Positions 46,801-59,074 of a stretch of 64,000 bases of DNA are shown piece after piece. Both the position numbers and the translations under genes were made by a program. Position 1 is the stretch's first letter. Each line of letters starts with the position of its first letter. The notes under the pieces were generated by a model, which was not told where the DNA came from, ran no database searches, and saw nothing but the letters and a program-made list of their open reading frames with translations. Source of the DNA: Macrostomum lignano (taxonomy: Eukaryota); NCBI GenBank assembly GCA_002269645.1, contig NIVC01000027.1:496001-560000 (forward strand), written 5' to 3'.

Positions 46801-49800
46801 CAATTTCGAAACCATTTTGAGCACAGGATCGCCCTATCTGCTAAAGTGAAATAAAATTCTTCTTAACCTTCTTTCACAACTTCTTTTCATTCTATCAGAA
46901 ATCCCTAACGTCAAATTCCAAATCTTAAAAAAGTGGGGATGTTTTGCCCCATCGTATCTCCTTCTTAGTTCCAGTTCGGCCTTTATTCCCCATTATTCTC
47001 CACTCGTGCACTCGTGTTCCCCTCTCAATCCCAAGGCACAACTCGCTGAATAGGGAGGCACAGAAATGGGAGGATTTTCCTGCTTTCTCCTCTCTCTCTC
47101 TCTCTCTCAGTCTGTCTCTCTCTCATCCAGGCTGACGCGGGAACTGCAGAGGTCGTCTGCGCCATCTGCGGGGGGATCTCTCTCTACCCTCTCCTCTCAA
47201 AGCCCCCAAACGCAGCGCAGAAACACCGCATCTCTCTTAGTCATCTCTTCCCGCTTCCCTGTCTTCTCTTCAGTCTCTCCCCCTCTATCCCTCTCTCCCT
47301 CCCCTCTCCCCCCCCCCAGTTTGCAGTCTCGCTATCCGAGCAAGGAAAAGCCTTCATCTACCTCTCTTCCCTCTTGCAGCCTCAGTAGCCATCCTAGCCA
47401 TAACCATTCGTTTGCTTCATTCATTTTTTTCAGTTTAAGTCTTAATAAAATAAAATTATCTAAAATATCATTTCAACGTTTAGTATGGTATTTATATTTA
47501 TACAAAGGCTGCTATTTGCCACTGCGATTGTTTAACTCCGGCCCGCGAAGCCTCTCTGTCCTTTGAAACTTTACGATAGGCTTGTGTCTCTCTTCTCTCT
47601 AATGTCCTGTCTCTTCTCTGCAGTGATGGCTCATCAAGCCGCCTTTTGCAAAACAAAGTTAACAAAAAAAAGTGGCTTGATTGAACCATACTAAAATGAG
47701 TACCAGAGGCGCTAAAATGAGTACCTAAGACGCTAAATGAGTACCTGAGACGCTAAAATGAGTACCTGAGACGCTAAATGAGTACCTGAGACGCTAAATG
47801 AGTACCTGAGACGCTAAATGAGTACCTGGGGCGCTAAAATGAGTACCAGAGGCGCTAAAATGAGTACCTAAGACGCTAAATGAGTACCTGAGACGCTAAA
47901 TGAGTACCTAAGACGCTAAAAATGAGTACATAAGACGCCAAATGAGTACCTAAGGCGCCAAATGAGTACCTAAGACGCTAAAAATGAGTACCAGAGGCGC
48001 TAAAATGAGTACCTAAGACGCTAAAAATGAGTACCAGAGGCGCTAAATGAGTACCTAAGACGCTAAATGAGTACCTGAGACGCTAAAGAGTATCTGAGGC
48101 GCTAAATGAGTACCCGAGGCGCTAAAATAAGTACCTAAGACGCTAACAATGAGTATCTGAGGCGCTAAAATGAGTACCAGAGGCGCTAAATGAGTATCTG
48201 AGACGCTAAATGAGTACCTGGGGCGCTAAAATGAGTACCTGAGACGCTAAAAATGAGTACCTGAGACGCTAAAAATGCTTACCTGAGGCGCTAAAATGAG
48301 TACCTAAGGCGCTAAAATGAGTACCTAAGGCGCTAAAATGAGTACCTGGGGCGCTAAAATGAGTATCTGAGGCGCCAAAGAAACAAAAAATCAATACTAA
48401 CAACGTCAATTGCCCGAAAATTCTATTTTTTGTATAGGAATTTTCTGCCAAGCATTCTTGGCTCTCTGTGACTCTGTCCTACCACCAGCCCCACTGGTAT
48501 ATCTATGGTGACACCCCTGTGAAAGACCGTGTACATCTCTCAGCGCTAAATGAGCCATAACTTGTGAGGGCCTAGGCGACCAGAGCCCAACTAAAAAAAA
48601 ACCATTCGATCTGGATCTGCCTCTCTTTCCTTCCCTGCCTCCCTCTCCCGTCTTTCTCTCCCTCCCTCTCTCTCTCCCCCTCTCTCCACTCCGCAGATCC
48701 TGCACACAACAGTCCCGCAACTGAGGCTTCGGCCTCTCTCCTGTTTCTCTCTCTAGCAATCTCTTTGACTTGTGCCTTAGGTCTGTGTGTGCGTCTCTCT
48801 CTCTCTGCCTCTCTCCCTCCTCTCCCTCTCTGCCTTCTATCCAACTCTTACAACCCTTCCCTGACCGATTCTGAAACCCTAGCCAGCCACACTGCCTTCT
48901 CCCTCATACACTCCTTCCCTCTCCCCCCCTCTCTCTCTCTGTCTCTCCACTCCACTCGTTTCCTATCTGTTTTAAATGAATCTATAGTATCTATAAGCCT
49001 GTCTCTGTCTCTCCCTCCCTCTATCTCTGCTACAAGAGTCTCGCACTTGGTCTGGCTAGATCATCAGTGCATCTATCTTCTTATTTTAGACTCCTTCCTG
49101 CGTTGCTTCTAGTTTAGCCATGTACTGGTAAATAAATCTAGTAATGTCACGTTTGCAAAGATGTTAAAAATTGAAATTCATTGGATCACAGGGACTTATG
49201 GAGTGAGGAATCGGGATTAAGGATCGGGATCTGGGATCAGCTAACTTTGGGACTAATAAATCAATCGGGATCTGGGATCAGCTGACTTTGGGACTAAATC
49301 TATGGGGATCTGGGATCAGCTGACTTTGGGACTAAAAAGTCTATCGGAATCTGAGATCAGCCGATTTTGGGACTAAATCTATCGGGATCTGGGATCAGCT
49401 GACTTTGGGACTAAATCTATCGGGATCTGGGATCAGCTGACTTTGGGACTAAATCTATCGGGATCTGGGATCAGCTGACTTTGGGACTAATAAATCAATC
49501 GGGATCTGGGATCAGCTGACTTTGGGACTTATAAATCAATCGGGATCTGGGATCAGCTGACTTTGGGACTTATAAATCAATCGGGATCTGGGATCAGCTG
49601 ACTTTGGGACTTATAAATCAATCGGTATCTGGGATCAGCTGACTTTGGGACTAATAAATCAATCGGGATCTGGGATCAGCTGACTTTGGGACTAAATCTA
49701 TGGGGATCTGGGATCAGCTGACTTTGGGACTAAATCTATCGGGATCTGGGATCAGCTGACTTTGGGACTAAATCTATCGGGATCTGGGATCAGCTGACTT

Positions 49801-52737
49801 TGGGACTAAATCTATCGGGATCTGGGATCAGCTGACTTTGGGACTTATAAATCAATCGGGATCTGGGATCAGCTGACTTTGGGACTTATAAATCAATCGG
49901 GATCTGGGATCAGCTGACTTTGGGACTAAATCTATCGGGATCTGGGATCAGCTGACTTTGGGATTTATAAATCAATCGGGATCTGGGATCAGCTGACTTT
50001 GGGACTAATAAATCAATCGGGATCTGGGATCAGCTGACTTTGGGACTAATAAATCAATCGGGATCTGGGATCAGCTGACTTTGGGACTAATAAATCTATC
50101 GGGATCTGGGATCAGCTGACTTTGGGACTAATAAATCTATCGGGATCTGGGATCAGCTGACTTTGGGACTAATAAATCTATCGGGATCTGGGATCAGCTG
50201 ACTTTGGGACTAATAAATCAATCGGGATCTGGGATCAGCTGACTTTGGGACTAAATCTATCGGGATCTGGGATCAGCTGACTTTGGGACTAAATCTATCG
50301 GGATCTGGGATCAGCTGACTTTGGGACTAAATCTATCGGGATCTGGGATCAGCTGACTTTGGGACTAATAAATCAATCGGGATCTGGGATCAGCTGACTT
50401 TGGGACTAAATCAATCGGGATCTGGGATCAGCTGACTTTAAGACTAGATTTAAATCGTTGAATATTTAGCTTCAAAATCTACAAAATCCTAAGAATGTGT
50501 CTCAAGCATTGTCGCTGGGTTACATTTCCCGCTATCATTAAATTACGCTGTTTTATCAGTCTAACTTCTCAGGATGGCAATGGCAAATCTCTCACGCTAG
50601 GGGCCCGCAGTCCTCCCTTGCTTCTTTCTCTCTCTCTCTCACTGCAAGTCTAGCTGTGAGTGAGTCAGCCACTTTTTTTCTCATTCTAATTCTCACCCTG
50701 CGAAGTCGGCACACGGCTCACAGGGTGGTGGAGAAGCGCGGAGCTCTCCGTCTCCCCCTCTCTCTCTGACCCCGCCCAAATATCTGATAGCTAGCATAGA
50801 CTCTCCGAGCCTCTCAGTCTGCTCTCTCCGTCTCTCTCCCCTGCGGGCCGCTCTCTCTCTCTACTCTCGTTCTATTGCACGCTCAGTCCAGGCTGTGCAT
50901 GCCTCTCTTCATATCTAGATCTTACACTGAGAGCCCCACTGCTCTGTCCCTGTCTCGTCTCCTCTCCCCCCCTCTCTCCGTCTCTCTTTCCTTCCCATTT
51001 AGACAGTTCTCTCATTCAATTCTAACTCAGATTGGCAATACGCATTAGAGCTTGTCTCCCTCGTCTTTCTCTCTTCTTCTCTAAGCCTTCTCTGTCCTCT
51101 CCTCTCTCTTCTCTCTCTCTCACCCCATTTTATCTGAGATATTGACGATTCTTGTCTGCTCTTCTTAGAGAGCTTTAGTGACTGAGCCTCCAGCCTTCTC
51201 TCCCCTTTTTTACGCTGACAATTTCCAAGCCGAGTAAATATACGATCGATAATAGAATATAGATAAAGAGATGGAATGTGAAGGTGAAAGGCAAAGGTGT
51301 TGTATTAGAGAGTTCGAAAGATTTAGTAAGCTAAAAATTGCGCAATAAATAGTTTTAAGAGGCTTTGCACAATGCGCCTGTCACCTATCACACAGGTGTT
51401 TAGTTGTGAAAAATTCCCCGGACTAAAAGGAGTGACTTTCAATGACTTGCAATTGGCACAAATTGAAAGATAATTTGACCTTCTGTTTTGATTTTTGCTA
51501 AGAATGCTAAGAAGCGACATTCTAAGGGACGTCACGATAATGGGCACCATTCTAATGGGTGCCATGCTAAGGGTTTGCCATGCTGAGGGGGCGCCATGCT
51601 AAGTAGCGCCATGCTAAGTAGCGCCATTCTAAGTAGCGCCATGCTAAGTAGCGCCATGCTAAGTAGCGCCATGCTAAGTAGCGCCATTCTAAGTAGCGCC
51701 ATTCTAAGTAGCGCCATTCTTAGTAGCGCCATTCTTAGTAGCGCCATTTTAAGTAGCGCCATTCTAAGTAGCGCTATGCTAAGTAGCGCCATGCTAAGTA
51801 GCGCCATGCTAAGTAGCGCCATGCTAAGTAGCGCCATGCTAAGTAGCGCCATGCTAAGTAGCGCCATTCTAAGTAGCGCCATTCTAAGTAGCGCCATTCT
51901 TAGTAGCGCCATTCTAAGTAGCACCATTCTAAGTAGCGCTATGCTAAGTAGCGCCATGCTAAGGGGCGCCATGCTAAGTGGCGTCGATGCAATGAGGGCG
52001 CCATGCAAAGGGGCGCCATGCCGAGGGTCGCCATGATAAAGGGTTCATGCTAAGGGACGCCAGGATTAGGGGCGCCATACTAGTAGGCGCCTTGATAAGG
52101 GGCGTCATGTGCGTAAAGCGCAAACCGCTACTGAGCTCACCTTCCATTCAGTCGACAGCTCGTCCCCTGCCAGATCGCTACCACGTGACTTCTTCGTAGG
52201 CGGAATCGGCTGATAGGATGCTAGCATGGAGTTGCCAACACCGGCGCCAAGCAGGTCGCTCGTATCGGCGCTCATCTCGGCGCCGCTGATGGCGCTGAAC
52301 TCGTCTTCAATAAGGCCGCCACCATCATCATCCGAGGCGGCGTTGGCGGCGGCTGCGGCGGCGGCTGCTGCAGCGGCGGCGGCAGCGGCGGCTTCTTTGA
52401 GCTCGGCTTTAGTGAGGCGCTGCTGGTGCTGCATGGAGGTCTGCGGCATCGCGGGCAGGCCCGGTAGAGTTCGCGCCTGCGGCGGCGGGGGTGGCGGCGG
52501 TGCCGGCTGCTGCTGCTGGTCGGCTGTGTCAGCCAAGCGATGCAGCTGAGGGTCCATGACCTCCACCAGGTGGCTGTTCAGCTGGGAAACGATTCGGAAT
52601 GCGGTCATGAGGTCACGGACGGGCATGCTGTCAACTAGCATGCTGGCATTGCTGATGGTGCACTCAAACAGGGTGATAGAGGAGAAAGATGGAGCACCCT
52701 GGCTGCCAGAGGGGTTGAGAACAGCTGCAGAGGCCAT
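43821..52737 (-). CDS. 404-aa protein: poly-Q/P/A low-complexity N-half plus a C14orf93-like C-terminal region; 4 coding exons
   Basis: Exons 52141-52737 (..TEWK|GTGAGC), 45113-45281 (ctcag|GILRK..WT A|GTGAGT), 44913-45025 (ttgcag|AG..VMF|GTAAGT), 43821-44156 (cccag|KLNRR..). Total 1215 nt with all phases compatible. Motifs FDFSLPYSAPVN, YYLGTLRK, LNRDYTSSDEE, LPWESEEL..LD, SSRPPP resemble the C14orf93-type domain as recalled. An acceptor at about 52767 implies a further upstream exon. Confidence 0.7.
44325..44702. repeat. 39-bp minisatellite (gggatattgggatctgggatctttccattcgggactcaa), about 10 copies, in intron 3
   Basis: Period 39 (44401, 44440, 44479). Confidence 0.93.
45390..46775. repeat. 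Degenerate ~21-22-bp array (gatttttgggatctgggatct) with a ~662-bp internal duplication
   Basis: Marker agatcttcga..ctttactttagtttttaggatctggaattatag at 45901 and 46563. Confidence 0.9.
47695..48378. repeat. 20-22-bp minisatellite (gacgctaaa(a)tgagtacctga), about 33 copies
   Basis: Read directly. Confidence 0.93.
49210..50438. repeat. 38/41-bp minisatellite (cgggatctgggatcagctgactttgggact + aaatctat or aataaatcaat), about 31 copies
   Basis: Read directly; two length variants. Confidence 0.95.
51593..51980. repeat. 15-bp minisatellite (gccat(g/t)ctaagtagc), about 25 copies
   Basis: Read directly; source of the MALLS/MALLR and SSAML/SSAIL ORFs. Confidence 0.95.
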
Positions 52738-55222
52738 TGTTTGCTTAGAGAGATCGGATAGAAGCGCTGCAATGTATAGTTAATAATGTGTTAGCAATTA
52801 TATAGTTGATGTCTTGATGTAAATTATTAGGGAAATAACTAATAGTTAAAGTACTTTAAGAGGCGTGAATGTTTTGACAGGTTTACTAAGTTGTCTAGCA
52901 CTTTAGATTGAAGACACTATAGCACAATACTCATAGCCATCATAATAGATATTCTGCTGATTTAATTCTAGAATTATAAACAAGCATATATGTTTATGTC
53001 TTAAAGAAGAGCTTTTATATATTAAATAGGCCTAGCACAATAAAACCTTGCTTTGTCAATTTTGAAGCTACTTTACCTTTAAATTGAAGATTTAAAATTC
53101 CTTTAGAACTAATTTAGTAAAAGGCATTTAAATAATGTTTCATGATTTAGATACTATCCTATATTTTATAGTTCTAATCAAGATATAGTTACATTCCTAA
53201 ATTTATTCCATGAAATGCCAGAAAAATGACACCTTATACTCCAAATTCAAGTTTATACCAAATGTTGCATATATATATATATCATTTGTTACAAATGATA
53301 ACAATGATAACATTTAGTATGCCACAATAAAATTACAAGACTATACCAAATTTTAGATCGTTTTTTGTGTCAACATTTATTAATAGTTATTAAATTAAAA
53401 AAGTTTTATTAAAATAAAAATCTTTAAGTGAATAAAAAATAAAATTTGTATGGTGTTTCTTGTTTTATTTTGTTTTAACAAAGAATATTTTAAAAAGTAA
53501 TTTTTTGTATATTAATATAGCTATGCTGGCTATAGTGGCATACAAATTTACTATGATAACTATTATAATATGTCATGAATTATGCTTGAAATATATCTTT
53601 AGTTCTACTATATGCCAGAATTTTGTAGGCCTGTACATGAAAGATTTGGAAGTAAGATAATATAGTACATAACATATTAAAAAGTCTTTTAGAAGATTAT
53701 ATATTAAGCTTGGCCAACAAAAAATTTATTTAAGTAATTCTATGTAAAAGAGGCACAAGTAAATTGTTATCTAAGGATAAAAAACCTTGTTTTAAAATTT
53801 TGATCAGTTAACATTGTCAAACCCATAGTATTAATATTATAATTTGACTAGTAAGACAATCTAGGTCAGGAAACAATTATACCCAATAGAAACAAGCAAG
53901 AAAAGTAAAAAAATGAAATTAAAAGCTTATTTTTGCTAATCAGATCTAATCCCAGGTCATTTTTTAAAGTTTTAGGAAATTGGTATTACTATAAATAAAC
54001 TTACAACAATAAGGACAAAAGTTTGTTATTTGAAAGTTTAGCTAGGCCTAAACATAATTTATTAAATTTGCTAAATGCTGATAAAAAGAAATTTAACTTA
54101 GGCCCTACAAACTAAATATTATCATTTAAAATAAAATTAAAGCTTTAGCAATGGCTAAAATATATAAAAAGGGCATATTGATTTCTCTAGGCGTCTTGTT
54201 AATCACTATTGTTTCGTGCATTTGAAAATGTAATTGGCATGCAAGATAGGAATTTATCAAATTTGTAAATTTTCATGAAACTTTTGATAGGCCTACTAAC
54301 TGTCTAACATAACCATCCTCAATATTGTAAAAATAATTACTTAGACATTAAACACAAATGCAACAATATATTAATTATTGTTATTACATCTAGGCTAACT
54401 TAAGTAGGCCTATTTACCTAATAAGTCTTATACCCTTTGCCTTAGGGGCTTAGACTAGATCACACTCACAGGTAGTCCTACTCCTACCAAGTACCACACA
54501 GTAGTAAAATGTAGAATTGGAATTATGGTTTCAAAATAGGGACGATATGCTATAAGCTAACAAAATTTATAAAGTTATAATTGCAAAAGATAAAAGAGTT
54601 GAATCGAATGTAACTTTTAAAAATCTAATCGCAACGCTTGTTAGAGCCTGGCACGTGTCACAGTAAATAGAGAAGTTTCACGAGCACGAGACGAAGACTG
54701 CTCTGATTTCAAATAGTTGCAAAATTTTTCTCTTAAGTAATAGAACAAATTAATGATTGTATTTGGAAAAATATAATTGTTAAAAAGACTTTTGAAACCT
54801 ATTTTCACTTTTTCATTATTTTACTTATTATTAAAATAGTGTATAGGATCTATTAACGGTTAATACTAATTACGACAAAAACATTGTTCGGACTCCTATA
54901 AATTGTCATTTCAGTTGAGACAATTATTTGTTATTTCTCAGGAAAACCATTTGAGTAAGCACAGACGCCAAAACCAGGTGCGCTATGAAACACCAAGTGC
55001 CATTTAATTTAGGTACTCGATCCAAGCTACTGAAAGGAATAATGGAGCCCGACGGCGATGGAAGTCGATAAGAAATTCATGGGGTTTTTAAATTACGTCG
55101 CTGACATATGACGATGCGTTTTATAAAGTGGGCTAAACATCTTGAAAGGTTCCCATTTTCAAGTGACATTAAGAGGCGTCGTAAACGAACGGTCGGCTGA
55201 CATCACTTAAAACGTCGTACAA

Positions 55223-55522
55223 TAGGGGCGTCGCCAACGGGGGCGACAGCTAGGGGGGACATGCCAATGCTTTGTCCCCCCTCCCGACCCACCTTGTGAC
55301 CCGTTATGGAAATCAATAATTTTGCCGCATGGTGACAAAACATGGTACCTGCGGCGTTAAACTGAGTGCCTGCATCATGCGCGCGGCGCTAAAATGAGTG
55401 CTGACGACAACACCGATTCTGAAAATGTACATGTAAGAATTTCATTATGTACATGATGTACATGTATAATTATTGGTTTCGTCGCCTCCACCATAAAATC
55501 CATATATATGGCGACGCCCCTG
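55223..55522. mobile_element. 300-bp hAT MITE
   Basis: TIRs TAGGGGCGTCGCCA (55223-36) and TGGCGACGCCCCTG (55509-22); 8-bp TSD tcgtacaa (55215-22) / tcgtacat (55523-30). Confidence 0.88.
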
Positions 55523-56149
55523 TCGTACATAAGTTCCTATAATAACAATTTTGAACAGCCATGCAAGCTGGAAAATAATTGTAACTGTTTAAACATCGCA
55601 CGCGAGCTCGCAAAAAGATTTTTCGTGTAAGAGTACAGGTACGTAACGTCTAATCCAGAAAGGTACGTAGTTATTAGCCGTTCAATAATCCTAGGTTTCT
55701 CAGACGAGCTAGCTGCTTAATAAGATTTTGAGAAAAAGTTCATCGAGAAAGTATTAATTTACACTCTTGTTTTGAACGGCTTGTGTTTATGTCTGGAGCA
55801 GACGGGGATGAAGGCTTTCGAGTCTGAAATATCTCCGGGAAACGTGCTCTGATTTCAAAGAGCTGCTTCTGCTAAACGTGCGCGTGATGTGACTCTTCAA
55901 AGGTAATCTGCAGCTGCTTAAAATATAGCGAATCAAGTTCCTCTCACTTACAAGGTTGCGAGCAAAAACTGTTTTGTGTATCTCGTGCTGCAATTGGCGT
56001 GGGCGTGGAGCGTGTGGGCGTGCTGGTTCAACACGAAGAATCGAAGACCGTCGCGTACCGGACGACGTTGAGGCTGCAACTGTCGATAATTGGAGACGTA
56101 AATGCATGTAACTTTCCGCGTCCGCCGTGTTAATAAGAGAGGGAATTGA

Positions 56150-56366
56150 GTGAGGAATGAGAAGAGGGGAAAGAGTAGGGAGAGTAGAGAGCAGAGAGAA
56201 ATGCAGAGAGCAGACGAGAGAGAAGAGAGGAGAGAGAGAAAAGAATAGATAGGAGAAGGAAGAAGGAGAGAGGAGAGGAAAGAGAATAAAAGAGGAAAGA
56301 GGAGAGAGAGAAGAGAGGAGAGACGAGGGAGGAGAGAGAGAAGAGAGGAAACAGAAGAGAAGATAG
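56150..56366. repeat. GA-rich polypurine low-complexity tract
   Basis: Read directly. Confidence 0.9.
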
Positions 56367-57540
56367 AAGTTTCACAGGATCCAAGGGATGTAGGGAGAGT
56401 CAGAGGCAGAGGCCAGAGTTTGCCAATACTAGCTTTTTTCAGAGTCAGACAGATATTTCCTGACATTCTTCGCAGAAACCCCAGCCTATAAGATCAATGT
56501 TTGCCTCAAATTCTAATTTACCACGAATGCACTCCATTTTATGTTTACCTTTACCCTAACTATTAACAAGTTTTTGTTTGAGTATGACCTTAGATTTTAG
56601 AATTCATAGTTCCAGCCGGGGATTGGAATTCCCCGGCTTCAAAATCCGCGAGCTTGAAACAGCTTTGTAAATATAAAATATACTGATCTGAGCCCAGCGC
56701 CCCACTCACTTTTCTTTCTTTCTATTATTCAATGCAACTCTTATTTAGATTGGCTTATGTAGTATTTTCTTTAGAATAACAAACCCGAATTACCTGTGCA
56801 TGTATCATAACTCCGAAACCGAAATAGTGCTGGACATTGCTAGAACTTTCGGAGTTATGATATTTCGGGGTTTATGATATGGCAACCGGCCCATCCTGCA
56901 GTAGAAGTGCATCTTATAGTCCTCACCTGAGCATCCCGCGGGCCATCTCGTCCATCTCACCCCTACATGTAACCATCCCTGATCCCCCATCCCCTCCTGA
57001 TAGAAAACTCTGCTAGTAGATCCCAATTCAAATGAGAGCAAGAAACACCTCATTAATGTCATGCTAATTGATGTAGATCGAAATTTGCATTTTTTCAGGA
57101 AATTTCTTGCTTGGGTTGCTGATTGCTACAAAAAATTCTCATGAGAGTTTTCCCTTAAGGCCATTAGTTGGATGAAAACAGCTTGATTAATATTTAAGCC
57201 CTCAACTAGAAGACAGGCTTCACGGCATATAAAAGTACACTCTTGAGCTAAAGAAATTTCGGACAAAATAGCGAGACTTAATTGCCCCATAGCTCCGCCT
57301 AATTACTGTCATCTCATCGTTTATTTCAAAGCCCGCCCACCTGTCTGCAAACAGCAGCTTGACTTCAAATGTACTTGAGCTTTATTCCGATTTCCTGAGC
57401 TAATGAGCTTTCATGTACTTTAAGCGCCTACGCATTTACGACGGCCCTGCATTCTATCCCACGCTTACGAGTTTATTAGTGCTTCGTAAAATACAATCCT
57501 CAAATTTACAATATTGTTTCTCACACGCATGCAACTCACT

Positions 57541-58365
57541 TCTCACACCCACCTCACTCCTCTCACACCCACCTCACTCCTCTCACACCCACCTCACTCC
57601 TCTCACACCCACCTCACTCCTCTCACACCCACCTCACTCCTCTCACACCCACCTCACTACTCACACCAACTTTACTCCTATCACCCCACCTCACTCCTAT
57701 TACCAACCTCACTCCTCACACTAACCTCACTCTTCTCACCCACCTCACTCCTCTCACCCTTCTCTCTAGCTCCTATCACCCACCTCACTCCTCTCACCCT
57801 TCTCTCTAGCTCCTATCACCCACCTCACTCCTCTCACCCTTCTCTCTAGCTCCTATCACCCACCTCACTCCTCTCACCCTTCTCTCTAGCTCCTATCCCC
57901 CACCTCACTCCTCTCACCCTTCTCTCTAGCTCCTATCCCCACCTCACTCCTCTCACCCTTCTCTCTAGCTCCTATCACCCACCTCACTCCTCTCACCCTT
58001 CTCTCTAGCTCCTATCACCCACCTCACTCCTCTCACCCTTCTCTCTAGCTCCTATCACCCACCTCACTCCTCTCACCCTTCTCTCTAGCTCCTATCCCCC
58101 ACCTCACTCCTCTCACCCTTCTCTCTAGCTCCTATCCCCACCTCACTCCTCTCACCCTTCTCTCTAGCTCCTATCACCCACCTCACTCCTCTCACCCTTC
58201 TCTCTAGCTCCTATCACCCACCTCACTCCTCTCACCCTTCTCTCTAGCTCCTATCCCCCACCTCACTCCTCTCACCCTTCTCTCTAGCTCCTATCACCCA
58301 CCTCACTCCTTACACCCCCACTCCTCGCACTCACCTCACTCCTCACACCCACCTCACTCCTTACA
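57541..58365. repeat. C-rich array: 20-bp unit (cacccacctcactcctctca) about 6 times, then a 40-bp unit containing it about 14 times
   Basis: 40-mer cacccacctcactcctctcacccttctctctagctcctat from about 57737 to 58310. Confidence 0.93.
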
Positions 58366-59074
58366 CCCGCTTCACGCATAGAAACGAGAAATTAGCACAC
58401 ACAAAGTGTTTAAAAAACTGAGTCAAAAATTTTCGGTCAGTTCAAGCGAGTCAAGCGTATAATGCGATAAAATTCAGATCCCGCGTGCAATGCCATTAGT
58501 AGGGCTGCACCCATGAGGAAAAATCTATATTATTCACATATGCCGTGTCCAACAGCTAACTTCAGGCAAAAATCTAATTTCTTGACTAGAAAGCTAAATA
58601 TAGGAGGGCCACTCTGGTCCTCAATGCGTTACTACTCTAAGCGTGTTTGTTGTCAGCTACTCAATTTCCTCACCTAGCTAGCTCTGAGTGCGTGGGTGGC
58701 AACAAAGTGTCAATTAATATGAGTAGTCTGTCTACTTGAGTAGAGAACTCCATGGGATCCGTTGAGTCCGTCAAGGATTTTTAAAAGCAAGAATTCCGAT
58801 TGCCAAAAATACATTATTGAGACAGGATGAAGTCTTTCGTTTTTCTATTTTATGAGTTTAGTATTGTTGCCGACGGCATTGCGCCAGGTTGCCCGCAGCC
58901 ACATTTTTAACGCATCTAGTTTAAAATAATCAGTTTTGTACCAAAACATAGTATACTTGTGGTTTTCTGTTTCCAATAATTTTGTTTCAAAATCAATACA
59001 TTCTGTACGTCAGTAATCAAACAAAATAGATCAATTATTATTAACAAGTTTAGAATATTTTTTGGGCTTTCTGT

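Noticed and set aside
46944-51200. CT-rich tracts (about 47060-47400, 48600-49030, 50560-51200) as copies of one element
   Set aside because: Similar composition, but no alignable homology or termini could be established by eye.
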